The notes beneath the pieces were generated by a model. It was not told the DNA's origin and searched no databases. It saw only the letters and a program-made list of their open reading frames with translations. This document shows, piece by piece, positions 45,724 to 56,238 of a DNA stretch of 64,000 nt. Source of the DNA: Folioceros fuciformis (taxonomy: Eukaryota); NCBI GenBank assembly GCA_049999805.1, contig JBNGIO010006223.1:224743-288742 (forward strand), read 5' to 3'. Every line of letters starts with the position of its first letter. Position 1 is the stretch's first letter. The translations under genes and the position numbers were made by a program.

Positions 45724-48628
45724 ATGTCGCCGTTGTCATCAGCGGTGCTGCAGCTGCACGCGGGCCTGTCGAAGGGAGTTCGTTTCTTAGGACTGGCGGT
45801 GGCTGCGTGCAGGCAGGGATGGAGACACGTTCACAGTGATTCTGTGGGGATGACCGTCCTGAAAGCTTCCAGGTGAGGCGTCGTGAATAAGATGCGTGTC
45901 CTGTGCATGGGGGCGAGGCCCAAGCCTGATTGAAGATGTCGGTGTAGTGATGCTGCAGGGGCGAATGGGATGTGGCCATTTCTGTCCTTGGATGTGGAGG
46001 AGGTCGACCAGACGCTCGGGGCATGGGCAGCGAAGCCGAATTGTCCTGTAAAGAACCTCACTGTCGGCAAGGTAGACCGTCTGGTTGTGAAGTGGCTTCT
46101 CAGTGCCGCTTGCGAGTTGTTTGAGTAACCAAGGCTTGACTGTCGCCTGCGGTTTGGAAGGACTCACGCCCTGACAGTCCCGTCAACGTTGCAGATTTGC
46201 AGTGGATGGAGGAGCCGTATGTGCTCCGGCTCCCAGCACATTACGTAACGAGGGGTTCGATCGTAAGGGTGTTGGACATTTGGAGCTTCTGGTGCATCAA
46301 GGATGTTCTATTTCCTCGCGGCTCTTTTATCAATTACTTCAAGGATGCATCGTGGACAAAGATCTCGTGCTGGGTAGGCGGGTCCATGCCCTTGCCCTTG
46401 AAAGTGGGTATGGATGCAACTTATTCTTGGCTAATCACTTCATCCGCATGTACGCATCTGAAGGAAAGTTGGAGGAGGCTACGCTGCTATTTTCCGAAAT
46501 CAATGGACCTGACACTTTTTCATGGTCCTACATAATTTTGGCTCATGTTGACAGTGGGCATCATCAGCGGGCTATAGAACTGTATCAGCAGTTGCGACAA
46601 TCCACTGTAATGCCAGACAACCATATTTTTGTCGCCGTCCTCAATGCGTGTGCAAGCACTGAAGATTTGGCATCTGGCAAGCAAGTCCATGTAGATATTC
46701 TTGGCAGTTTGGCGGAGCCTGATGTGTTTGTTGGCAGCAGCCTGGTAGACATGTATGCAAAATGTAGTAGTGTGCAGGATGCACGGAGGGTTTTTGACTC
46801 CGTTCCATCTAGAAATGTGGTGACCTGGAATGCCATGCTTGCAGGCTATGCTCAGGTGGGGCTGGGTCAGGAGGCTCTTGCCCTCTATGCAGGTATGCAA
46901 AAACAGGGCGTTATTGCCGACCAGGTGACCTTTTTGTCGCTCCTCAAAGCAGTTAACGGCATGGGATCCTTACATGAAGGGAAGGTGCTTCATTCGGAAA
47001 TCAAAGAACGAGGGTTTGAGGCTGATGAAGCAGTCGGCAGCAGCCTGGTACACATGTATATAAGGTGCGGAAGCTTGGAGGATGCACGCAGAGTATTTGA
47101 TAGGTTACCCACAAGAGATGTTGTGACATGGAACGCTATGTTTGCAGGATACGCTCAACATGCTCTTGGTGAAGAGGCTTTTTCTCTTTACACAAGGATG
47201 CAACAAGAGTTTCACGTTCCAGCGGATCGGGTTACATATTTGTGCCTTCTGAAAGCGTGTGCCAGCATTGGAGCTTTACAAGCTGGGAAGGAGTTGCATT
47301 TGCAGATTCAGGGAAAACAGTTGGAGTCTGACAAGTTTATTGGCAACTTCTTGGTGGACATGTATGTAAAATGCGGCTGCTTAGAGGACGCACTTCGGGT
47401 GTTTAACAGGTTGCCGACGAAAGATACTGTAACCCGGGCAGCCGTGATTGCAGGGTATACTGAGCAAGGTTTGGACCAAGAAGCATTAACTCTTTGGGCA
47501 CGGATGCAACGGAATGGTGGCAACGCACCAGACCGTGCTACGCTTGTTTGCCTTGTGAAGGCATGTGCTAAGGTTGGTGCTTTGGGTCTGGGGAAGGCTC
47601 TTCACTGTCAGATGCAGCAGAAAGGACTGGTGGACGCTGATGTGCATGTAGGCACCAGCCTTGTGGACATGTATGCAAAATGTGGGAGTCTCCAGTGTGC
47701 TCGCAAGGTGTTTGACAGTCTACTGATAAAAAATGTGGTAACATGGAATGCCCTTCTGAATGGTTACAGCCAACACAATGATGGCCCAATGACAAGGCAG
47801 TGTTTTGCGGAGATGCAGCGACACGGAGTAAATCCGGATGCCGTTACTTTTCTTTGCCTACTTGTGGCATGTTGCCGTGAGGGCCTGGTGTATGAGGGAC
47901 AGCAGTATTTCAAGATGATGCGGGAGGAGTACGGCATTATGCCAAATGCTTCTCACCTTTCTTGTATAGTTGATCTTCTTGGCCGGTCAGGGCGCCTGGG
48001 TGAGGCAGAAAGTTTGTTGCTGTCCATGCCTGTGGATGATGCTATAGGTTGGAGATCTTTGCTGAGTGCTTGCAAACTGCACCGTGACGTAGTGCGTGGA
48101 GAGCGATGTTTTGACCGTCTCGTTCAGATGGATACGCAGGATGGAGCTGCCTACACGATCATGTCCAACATTTATGCCGCGAGTGGCAGGTGGGTGGATG
48201 TCGATGGGATAGAAAGTCTTAGGAAGGGTGCAGGTGCGTGTAAGAAGCCTGCAAGGGCCTGGATCGAGGTGAACAATGAGGTGCATTCGTTCATTGTTGG
48301 TGAAGGAAGGGATGACATATCCAGGAAGCTCGGCAGTGTGAATCGGCAGTTGGGGGAGGAGGTTTCTAATGTGATAAGCTCAGTTGCGGAGAGAGTCAAC
48401 GATGATACCTTGTGTGAACACGCTGAGAAACTTGCATTAGCGTATGGCCTCCTCAACACCCCCAAGGGTGCAACGTTGATAGTCACGAAGAATCTTCGTA
48501 TGTGCAATGACTGTCATACTGGCACCAAGATCATGTCGAGAACCGAAAGGCGAACTATTGTAGTCAGGGATACCCGCAGCGTGCATGTATTTGTGGATGG
48601 CTCGTGTTCGTGTGGGGATCGGCCATGA
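45724..48628 (+). CDS. PLS-class PPR with complete DYW:KP-type deaminase domain (candidate U-to-C RNA editing factor); exons 45724-45872 and 46195-48628
   Basis: 17 PLS motifs, E1, E2, KKPARAWIEV, LCEHAEKLA, KNLRMCNDCH, CSCGDRP*. In-frame phase-2 intron AG|GTGAGG...ctgac...ttgcag|A adds a 50-aa presequence-like exon. Confidence 0.93.
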
Positions 48629-48803
48629 GCTTTATGGTGCTAAAATGAATTGTTGAACAGGATGTACCGGGTGAATGTCCTTCTGGAGGAGGACGCGCAA
48701 AGTACAGCAGCTACAATATGAAGGGCAACTGCCGCGGCGACATACTTTCTATGCACTGCCACAGAAGAGGCACCCTGAATAACTACCAATGCTCGGCCAC
48801 TGG

Positions 48804-48990
48804 AGAGTTACTCTGACATACCTTCCACGCCTTGCCACAGCAGAGTTACTCTAAGATACCTTCCATGCCTTGCCAGAGCAGAGTTCCTCTGAAATACCTT
48901 CCATAACTTGCCGCAATAGAGTTACTCTGAAATACCTTCCATGCCTTGACCCTGCAGAATTACTCACCTTCCCACAGAGTTACTCTGACG
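48804..48990. repeat. 38-bp tandem repeat (4 full plus 2 partial copies) between convergent 3' ends
   Basis: Unit agagttactctgaaataccttccatgccttgccacagc, starting at 48804, 48842, 48880 and 48918. Confidence 0.92.
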
Positions 48991-49290
48991 AGATTCCTGG
49001 AGATCTACCGTCTCCTTTAAGCGACTCAACTACGCTGAAGAATGAAACCAGAGGACCAGGACCTGCGTGGATCTCCGCGCTCGTCTACCTTAGACAACGT
49101 CTTGCAGTCGTTCGCCAGAAGTGGGTGGCGACGTACTGACAACGCAGAGAAATCGAAACAGAAGGTAGGATCGGAAAGTCGACAGTTCTGATAAGCAACT
49201 TGGGGTGAATCCTGGTGCGCACAACCGAGCAATATTCGGGGACTCCCAAGTTGGGAGAACTGTCCACTAAGGTTAAGCCGACAAGTGCCG

Positions 49291-50358
49291 TCAATTCTTC
49301 ATGATCTTGAAACCGCAACATGTAAGGCAGATTAGAAGTTAGCCAAGCACAAGGCACTTGATAACAGCGTCTTCAAAGCCGAAATTCACTCACCGAATCA
49401 ATGAATTTCGCCACCTTTGCCTGCACCTGCCTGTCTAGAGCCTTCTCAGCTAGCGCGTAAGTCACGATCTCATTCTCCCCGCTTACAGGCTTTTGTCTCT
49501 GGACATACCTGGCAAGAAAGCACTGGGTAAGCAAACATACAATTTGAACAATGAGCAGGTGAAGGACCGAATGTCAAAGTTACCTTTGCTTCACCGCTGT
49601 GTCGAGGGCATTCCTAATGTTCCCGAACACTGGATGTTCTGTACTTTCCTCTACACCTAGTTTGTTGAGGTGGTAGAACAGTACATCTGCACGTCAGATG
49701 TCAGTTAACAAGGGAAGGCAATGACAGGCATCAACGTGAAAGCTTGTTCCAAACCTTCGGCTATAGTGAACAGTGGGCAAAGGTGGAGCACCAGCTCACC
49801 TTCAGTGACATTCTCTCCTGCGAGCTGAAGGATGCCCAGGAGGACAAGGGTGAAGGCGAGCACCGCTGCGGTCTCCTTTGTCTCCACGAACTGCTTTCGA
49901 AGATCTTCAGGAACGCTGCTTTGCAAGACATACTTTTCCTCCCCAGCGGCAGCATCCGCAGTTGCAGGCCTATCCAGGACTTTGAGCTCGAGCCCGAAAG
50001 TGTTAGCAAGCCTTCTCTTTGCCAAGTCGATCACCAGAGAAGGCAGACCCCTCTGCTTGTAGTTTTCTGTGACTAGCAGTGTAAGCTCTCTCCGCTTGAT
50101 GGGGACGCCAGGGTGCTGATGGTTCTTGAAAAGCACGTAGCGCACCACCTCCGCCGTCAGCTTAGCAGTCTCCTGCACCACTTGGTTAAGCCACCAGGTT
50201 AAGCCTACTTCCTCCCACGCACCCGAACCTAGCTGCCAAGCAAGCAAGCAAGCAAGCAAACCAACCTCGTCCGTAATCCCTGCTTGCGAGGCAGGCTCCC
50301 CATCGTCTGCCTGCCGTTGTGACGCAGGCGCGGCGGGGTCCCTCCGGCCCCTGGGCAT
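49291..50358 (-). CDS. NSE3: MAGE-domain SMC5/6 subunit NSE3, multi-exon
   Basis: LTAEVVRYVLFKNHQHPGVPIKRREL, LANTFGLELK, YVLQS, LFYHLNKLG...HPVFG, VKQR|YVQRQK, YALAEKA. Short last exon IMKN* is predicted. Confidence 0.88.
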
Positions 50359-50908
50359 CGCCCCCGCCTGTTCTACCAGCCTAGAAGCGTGACGCCGGGA
50401 AGCAGGTGGGTTGAAAATGTTTTCAGCCTCAACCTGCCGAGCAAGCAACCGAAAGAAACGCCGACGAAGGCAAGCTCGAACTTCGCTGGAACTGGATTTG
50501 ACTACCAGCGCTACCAGTTTTCCTTCTCGTAGCGGGGAGCAGGAAAGGAATGTCGAACTGGGAAGACTGTGCTTACGTACCGAGACAAATACAGGATGTA
50601 CAATGTACAAAGAAAGGGAGGACAAATTGAGTTTCCTTTCTCAAGGAAGTACATGCAGCAGTACATACTGTACATAGGCTACAACCTACAGCATTTTGGT
50701 CATTTACCAGCTTTCTTTAATAAAACAATTCATTGGCTTTATCTCCTCACCACCTCAATGCCAATGGAAGGACATATAATACATCCACCCATATGAACTT
50801 CACATTCCTACATACACATATGTAGTAGATAAGTAAATAAACAATTATCGAAAGAGTAGTTAACAAGATTGAATTAGGCATCCATTTTACGCCTGAACAA
50901 TATCGGCA

Positions 50909-53785
50909 CTATACAAATACTTTGTCTCCGACAGAAAAAGTATGCACCACTCCATGAACGTCTGTCCACCAACTTTGGCCTGGCTCCTTCCAGGCCCCGA
51001 CTCCTGTTCTCCTCGCCTGTATTTCCCGTGCCTTCTCCCACATCTGGGCACTGGTATAAACGTTCGACATCAAGACATAAGCCGCTGCATCTTTCTCGTC
51101 TAGCTTCACAGCTTCGGCAAAGGCATGGCACCCAACCTCTACATTGCTCCATTTTTGACATGCACCCAGAAGAGTGTGCCAAACAGCAGCATCAGGGATT
51201 GCAGGTATTACCCTCACCAAAGCTAGTGCCTCCTCCAATTGCCCCGCACGACCCATCAGGTCCACCATGCATGTGTAGTGCTCTGCTCTGGGAATAATGC
51301 CATATTGCCTTGTCATGGCTTCGAAGTGTTCTTGCGCTTTACCCACTAGACCTGCATGACTGCATACCGTCAGTATACTAAGTACGGTGATGTCGTCTGG
51401 TTGTTTGCCTTCCTGTGCCATTCTGTGAAAGGACTCAAATACCATTTGGCTGTCTCCTTGATAGGTGTAGCCTGCAATAAGGGCATTCCAGGCGACAACG
51501 TCCCGCCTGGGCAATGCCTCAAACACCTGTTGTGCATCAACCATGCTCCCAGATTTTGAATACATGTTGATCAAACTGACAGCAACTAGCACGTCAGCTT
51601 GAAGACCTCGTTCTTCGGTTTGCGCATGAAGCTGCCTTCCCAGTTGCAATGCTGCAACATTTGCGCAAGCCTGAAGTAGGCACGCGAACGTCAGAGAGTC
51701 GGCTGCCACCATGCCTTCTTCTTGCATAGCAGTGTACAGGGAAAGGGCTTCCTGCCCCATGCCCTGCTGGCAATTCCCTGCTATCATGGCATTCCAAGTC
51801 GCTACGTTCTTCTCGTCCAGTCTGTCGAACAATCCGCGAGCTTCTTCCAAGCTGCCAGATTTTGCATAACCTGCTATCATGGCATTGCACATCACCACAT
51901 TCTTCGTGCACAGTCCGTCGAACACTCTTTGAGCATCATCCAAACTCCCACACTTAGCATACATGTTTACCAGGCTACAGCCCAGAAACAAATCCACTTG
52001 AAGTCCTTGTTCTCGTATCTGTGCATGAAGCTGCTTTCCCTTCCCCAAAGCCTGCGTACCAACTCTTGCACATGCCTGCAAGAGGCAAACAAATGTCACC
52101 GAATTCGGTACAGCAATGCCGTCTGCTTGCATAGCACTGAAACGATCAAGGGCTTCCTGACCCATACCCTGCTGGGCATATCCTGCTATCAAAGCAGTCC
52201 ACGTCACCACAGTCTTTTCATCAAGCCCATCAAACACGCTCTGAGCATCTTCCAAGTGACCACACTTTGCATACATGTTTACGAGGCTGCAACCTACAAC
52301 ACTGTCGGTCTGCAAGCCCTGTTCCGCAATCTGCGCATGAAGATGCCTCCCATACTCCAAAGCAGGGATGCCCACGCTGGCACATGCCTGTAAGAGGCAC
52401 ACAAATGTCACAGAATCAGGGGTAGCGATACCTTCTTCTTGCATAGCAATGTAGAGATGAAGGGCTTCCTCGCCCAAATTCTGCTGTGAGTATCCTGCCA
52501 TCATAGCATTCCATGTCACTACATTTTTTTGACTAAGTCCGTCAAACACTCTCTGGGCATCTTCCAAGCTGCCACACTTCGCATACATGTTTACGAGACT
52601 GGAACCTACAACCACATCACCCTCAAGCTCTTGCTCTTGAATCTGTGCATGAATCCGCCTGCCCTTCTCCAACGCTGGGGCACCCACACTGGCACAAGCC
52701 TGCAGGACGCCGACAAACGTTACAGAAGTAGGTGCCGAGATGGCTTCCTCTCGCATATCGCTGTAGAGAATAAGTGCCGTCTGGCCCATGCCCCTCTGAG
52801 AATATCCTGTTATCATGGCATTCCATGTCACCACATCCTTCTGATCAAGTTCATCGAACACTGTTTGAGCATTTTCCAAGCTGCCACACTTGGCATACAT
52901 GTCTACCAGGCAATTGCAAACAAACAAATTGGGCTCAACCCCACTGGCCAAGACATCAGCATGCACCTGCTGCCCGGTTTCCAAGTCTGCTGCCCTTGCA
53001 CAAGCCTGAAGTGCTGCTACGAACACATGACCATCTGGCTTCACGCTTGACCTGCGCATCTCGTGGTACAGTTGTAGGGCCTGCTTATCTCGTCCGTGTT
53101 TAACATGAGCGGTAATGATGGCAGACCACGTAAAGGCATCTGGTTTGGACACCGCCGTGAATACGTCCATTGCTTCTTGCAACCTGCCATGAGAAGCATA
53201 CATCCGCATGATGTGATTGCACAAGAACGTATCCGACTCACATCCTGCCCTCACAACGAGAGCATGAACGCGGCGGCCCAACGTAAGAACCATACCTCTC
53301 TTCAGTGCCGAGTAAAAGAAGGACTGAGAAATGGGACAATCCGCCTGCACCAGAACTCCTAGAGCTTCAACAACCTCCGGGAGCTTCCACTTTTGACGAA
53401 AATCGCTCACACTTTCAGGAGTTGCGCCGCTTTTGCATCCTGCAGACCCGACAGGGTCGCGATAATTTAGCAGACTCGAGTTGGCTGTGCCATCACGCCG
53501 ACCGATTCCGAATTCCAGAGCAGCATCTCGGCTGCAAATGTTGTCTGGCCACAGAACCTCCTGGGGCTCCCCAATCCAGAAGTCAGGCAAATGGGAGCCT
53601 TTCTTATGTTCGTTTGCTACCAGGTCTAGGGAAGCTGTCTCCATAAGAAGTCCTGTTGCCCACCGCCTGGACGATGTGCAATGCGAGAGGGAACTATAAT
53701 CCAAATAAGCTCTTGAGTCAAGGCTGAATCCAAATCCCTGCTCCAGTGCCCCAGTTGGGGTGACGAGGGAGGTAACACGATCCAT
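50909..53785 (-). CDS. PLS-class PPR with E1/E2 and WW-type PG box, truncated; paralog of 23578-26205
   Basis: About 21 motifs, ends KEPGQSWWTDVHGVVHTFSVGDKVFV*. First in-frame ATG at 53785; the frame is open to 53896, so an upstream exon is possible. Confidence 0.92.
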   Translation of the reverse strand: MDRVTSLVTPTGALEQGFGFSLDSRAYLDYSSLSHCTSSRRWATGLLMETASLDLVANEHKKGSHLPDFWIGEPQEVLWPDNICSRDAALEFGIGRRDGTANSSLLNYRDPVGSAGCKSGATPESVSDFRQKWKLPEVVEALGVLVQADCPISQSFFYSALKRGMVLTLGRRVHALVVRAGCESDTFLCNHIMRMYASHGRLQEAMDVFTAVSKPDAFTWSAIITAHVKHGRDKQALQLYHEMRRSSVKPDGHVFVAALQACARAADLETGQQVHADVLASGVEPNLFVCNCLVDMYAKCGSLENAQTVFDELDQKDVVTWNAMITGYSQRGMGQTALILYSDMREEAISAPTSVTFVGVLQACASVGAPALEKGRRIHAQIQEQELEGDVVVGSSLVNMYAKCGSLEDAQRVFDGLSQKNVVTWNAMMAGYSQQNLGEEALHLYIAMQEEGIATPDSVTFVCLLQACASVGIPALEYGRHLHAQIAEQGLQTDSVVGCSLVNMYAKCGHLEDAQSVFDGLDEKTVVTWTALIAGYAQQGMGQEALDRFSAMQADGIAVPNSVTFVCLLQACARVGTQALGKGKQLHAQIREQGLQVDLFLGCSLVNMYAKCGSLDDAQRVFDGLCTKNVVMCNAMIAGYAKSGSLEEARGLFDRLDEKNVATWNAMIAGNCQQGMGQEALSLYTAMQEEGMVAADSLTFACLLQACANVAALQLGRQLHAQTEERGLQADVLVAVSLINMYSKSGSMVDAQQVFEALPRRDVVAWNALIAGYTYQGDSQMVFESFHRMAQEGKQPDDITVLSILTVCSHAGLVGKAQEHFEAMTRQYGIIPRAEHYTCMVDLMGRAGQLEEALALVRVIPAIPDAAVWHTLLGACQKWSNVEVGCHAFAEAVKLDEKDAAAYVLMSNVYTSAQMWEKAREIQARRTGVGAWKEPGQSWWTDVHGVVHTFSVGDKVFV

Positions 53786-54079
53786 ACGCGGAGCTAGACC
53801 GCAGCCTCCGCGATCTCGAGACAGGGACAGAGTTTCAGCAAATCCGACTACCACAGAGCTGCTCCTGCTGCAAATTGCAAGTGTGTGGATATCCAAGAGT
53901 CATGGATTTGGTGAACTTTCATTGACCCTGCTCCAACCTCAATACTCTCACCATATGTGAGAGAAGTAGTGCGTGAGTGATCGCCAGCTTCTCGCTCTGC
54001 ACACACAAAAAGGCATTCCTTCTCCACAACCCCCCAAAGCCAAGTGCTTGTTCTGACTGGGGAGAAGCTGCATCAGCCA

Positions 54080-54390
54080 GGATGCTTTTATCGCCAAGCA
54101 AAAACTATGCACGAATCCATCCAAGTCTACCCACCAGCTCTGGCCAAGCTGCTTTCTGGACTGGATTCCTGTCCTCCTCGCCTGCATACCCTTGCCTGCT
54201 CCCACATCTCGGCAGCGGTGTGTACGCTGGACGCACCACACATGCTGCCACATCTCCGCTGTCCAGCTTCACCGTCGCATCGAAAGCATGACTTCCAAGT
54301 TCCAACCTTGGCATTATTCCACTTTCGACAAGGTCCCAATGGAATTTGGCCAACTGAAGCTATCGGCACAACAGGCATTGTCCTTACTGG
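54080..54390 (-). pseudogene. Frameshifted C-terminal fragment (E1/E2/WW box) of a PPR gene
   Basis: Pieces in three frames: MPVVP...LGPCRKWNN / LGSHAFDATVKLD / YTAAEMWEQAR / QARRTG...KQLGQSWWVDLDGFVHSF / GDK, colinear with the ends of the two WW-type PPRs. Confidence 0.85.
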
Positions 54391-55238
54391 AAGATGTGCG
54401 TGAACACGTATAAGCTAGGTTCTTGCTTTCGAATTCAGTGCTGATGTTGCCGCTGGTGTTGAAGTATCCGCGTGTCTTGGTATTGTAGGCGCTGCCCTGC
54501 GCTGCTTATGCCCAGGCGTCGGATCGTTGGATGACTGCCTTCAGCATACTAACGTACGAGGTGTAACACAGGCCCTACTCACATTGCGTGAGGCCTCCGT
54601 CCGTCCGCAGCCCGCGTATAGCGGGCACCGGACGGAGCTGTAGCGCACCGTGCGTCGGGCCCGCTAAAAATGGGAGATTCGTTATATGTAGGAATGGTAT
54701 TTAGGGTTTCAGTCAGGAAGGACCCGTTATTCCGTCCGGGTATATAGCTCCAAGGCTTTCCCATCGATACCCGATGGCCATTAAGGCAAATACGGTCAAC
54801 AGACCCGTGCGGATGCGCAACCCGATGTACCGTGGCTTCATATCGACATACACGACATAGCAGCAACATCAGTTTGTAGGTCCCGTCGCATACTCGGGTT
54901 TTTGCACCCGTTCTCTCTACCTGCATTTCCATACCCGGCTTTCCATACCCGGGATGGAAGGATTTTAAACCCGTCGGTTTGAAGTCCAGGTTTCAAATCA
55001 GCTTTTCAAAGCTGTGCACTTCTCATCGCGGGTGAACCAATCTAAAAAGAAAGCGGTGCAGATGCGACAAGACGCTGAATCTGCTGCCGAGTGCAGATGT
55101 AGTTGGCTAGCTTCCTGGCGGTTTTCGTGTCCAAGGGGAGAGTGGGTGTGCTGGTTGAGACTGAGTTTCGGGTTGCGAGGATGCGTAAACTCAGGATCTA
55201 TTTGGTGGCATTAGGGCTGTGCTGGGATTTCTATCAAG

Positions 55239-55746
55239 ATGGCAGAACTCGCAATGGTTGCGGCCCAGGTCCTGCTCAAAGTGGTTTTGCTGGCGCACGA
55301 CTTGTGGGCTCCTAAAAGCCAGAGCTGTCAAATGGCTGCGGAGCTAAGCCTGCTGGAGAAGAACTTGGAACACAACATGATGGCGTTGGGCGGCAACCAG
55401 TTTTGTCGCAGGAACATAGCAGCTTGGGCTCTTGGCATGTATCTTGCATGCAGCTGCGTAATTGTTTGCTGCCTCTGATACTGGTGTATGCGGTGCAAGT
55501 CACTGATGAGAGTGAACTTGTGTCTGCCATTTTGTAAGGGCCTTGGAACAGGAACTTCGGCACACAATCAAGGATAGGCACAAAATTCTAGGCATGGGGT
55601 TTCTGGCGGCGCACTGGGACGCCAACCAGATACTTTTTGAACTACACTCGCTCCGACAGCGTGTGATGATTTTCTTTCAAACCACGTTGTTCATTACTTT
55701 CCTCAAAGTATGCAGCCGTTTTGATGACAGTGACGCTCCTTCGTAG
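55239..55746 (+). CDS. Small spliced helical protein resembling an MLKL/MCAfunc-type four-helix-bundle domain; element cargo
   Basis: Exon 55239-55438 joins 55539-55707 in frame through a 100-nt GT-AG intron. Product MAELAMVAAQVLLKVVLLAHDLWAPKSQSCQMAAELSLLEKNLE...GFLAAHWDANQILFELHSLRQRVMIFFQTTLFITFLK. 3' end uncertain. Confidence 0.5.
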
Positions 55747-55961
55747 CACCCTGTTTTTATTTCTCTACTATGTGCATCTCTACTGTGTGCATGAGGCATA
55801 AGGCGGCAGTAGAGAGCATGGCATAGCGGGACAAGTTCCAATTGGCTCTGAACCTACACTGGGACCTCTTCGTCAACATCCCATAAAGCTCTTCGGCAGC
55901 AGCTTAAGGGTTTTTGACAGTTGCCGAATTCTCACCTTTTAAAATCAAAAGAGGATTCTGA

Positions 55962-56052
55962 CCTCTAAGACAAACAGCATAGAATCCTCTAAGACAAATA
56001 GCACAGAATCCTCTAAGACAAACAGCACAGAATCCTCTAAGACAAACAGCAT
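55962..56052. repeat. 24-bp tandem repeat x4 inside the MULE-like element
   Basis: Unit cctctaagacaaacagcayagaat at 55962, 55986, 56010 and 56034, preceded by an inverted partial copy gaggattctg. Confidence 0.93.
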
Positions 56053-56238
56053 AATTGACCCGATCAAAACTGAGTGCTATCCGTTATTTTCTCTCAGCAC
56101 CGTACAAAAGTGGATTGGTCAGCTTCTAAAACCAAAAGTCTATTTCAGCTCATCAATCCACTCTTTATCAACTACCTATGTTCCACCTCACCGTCTTTTT
56201 CTTCTTATACACAACTTCCTCCAAACCAACATATCGTT

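Noticed and set aside
48804-48990. 38-bp repeats as a CRISPR array
   Set aside because: Copies are head-to-tail with no unique spacers.
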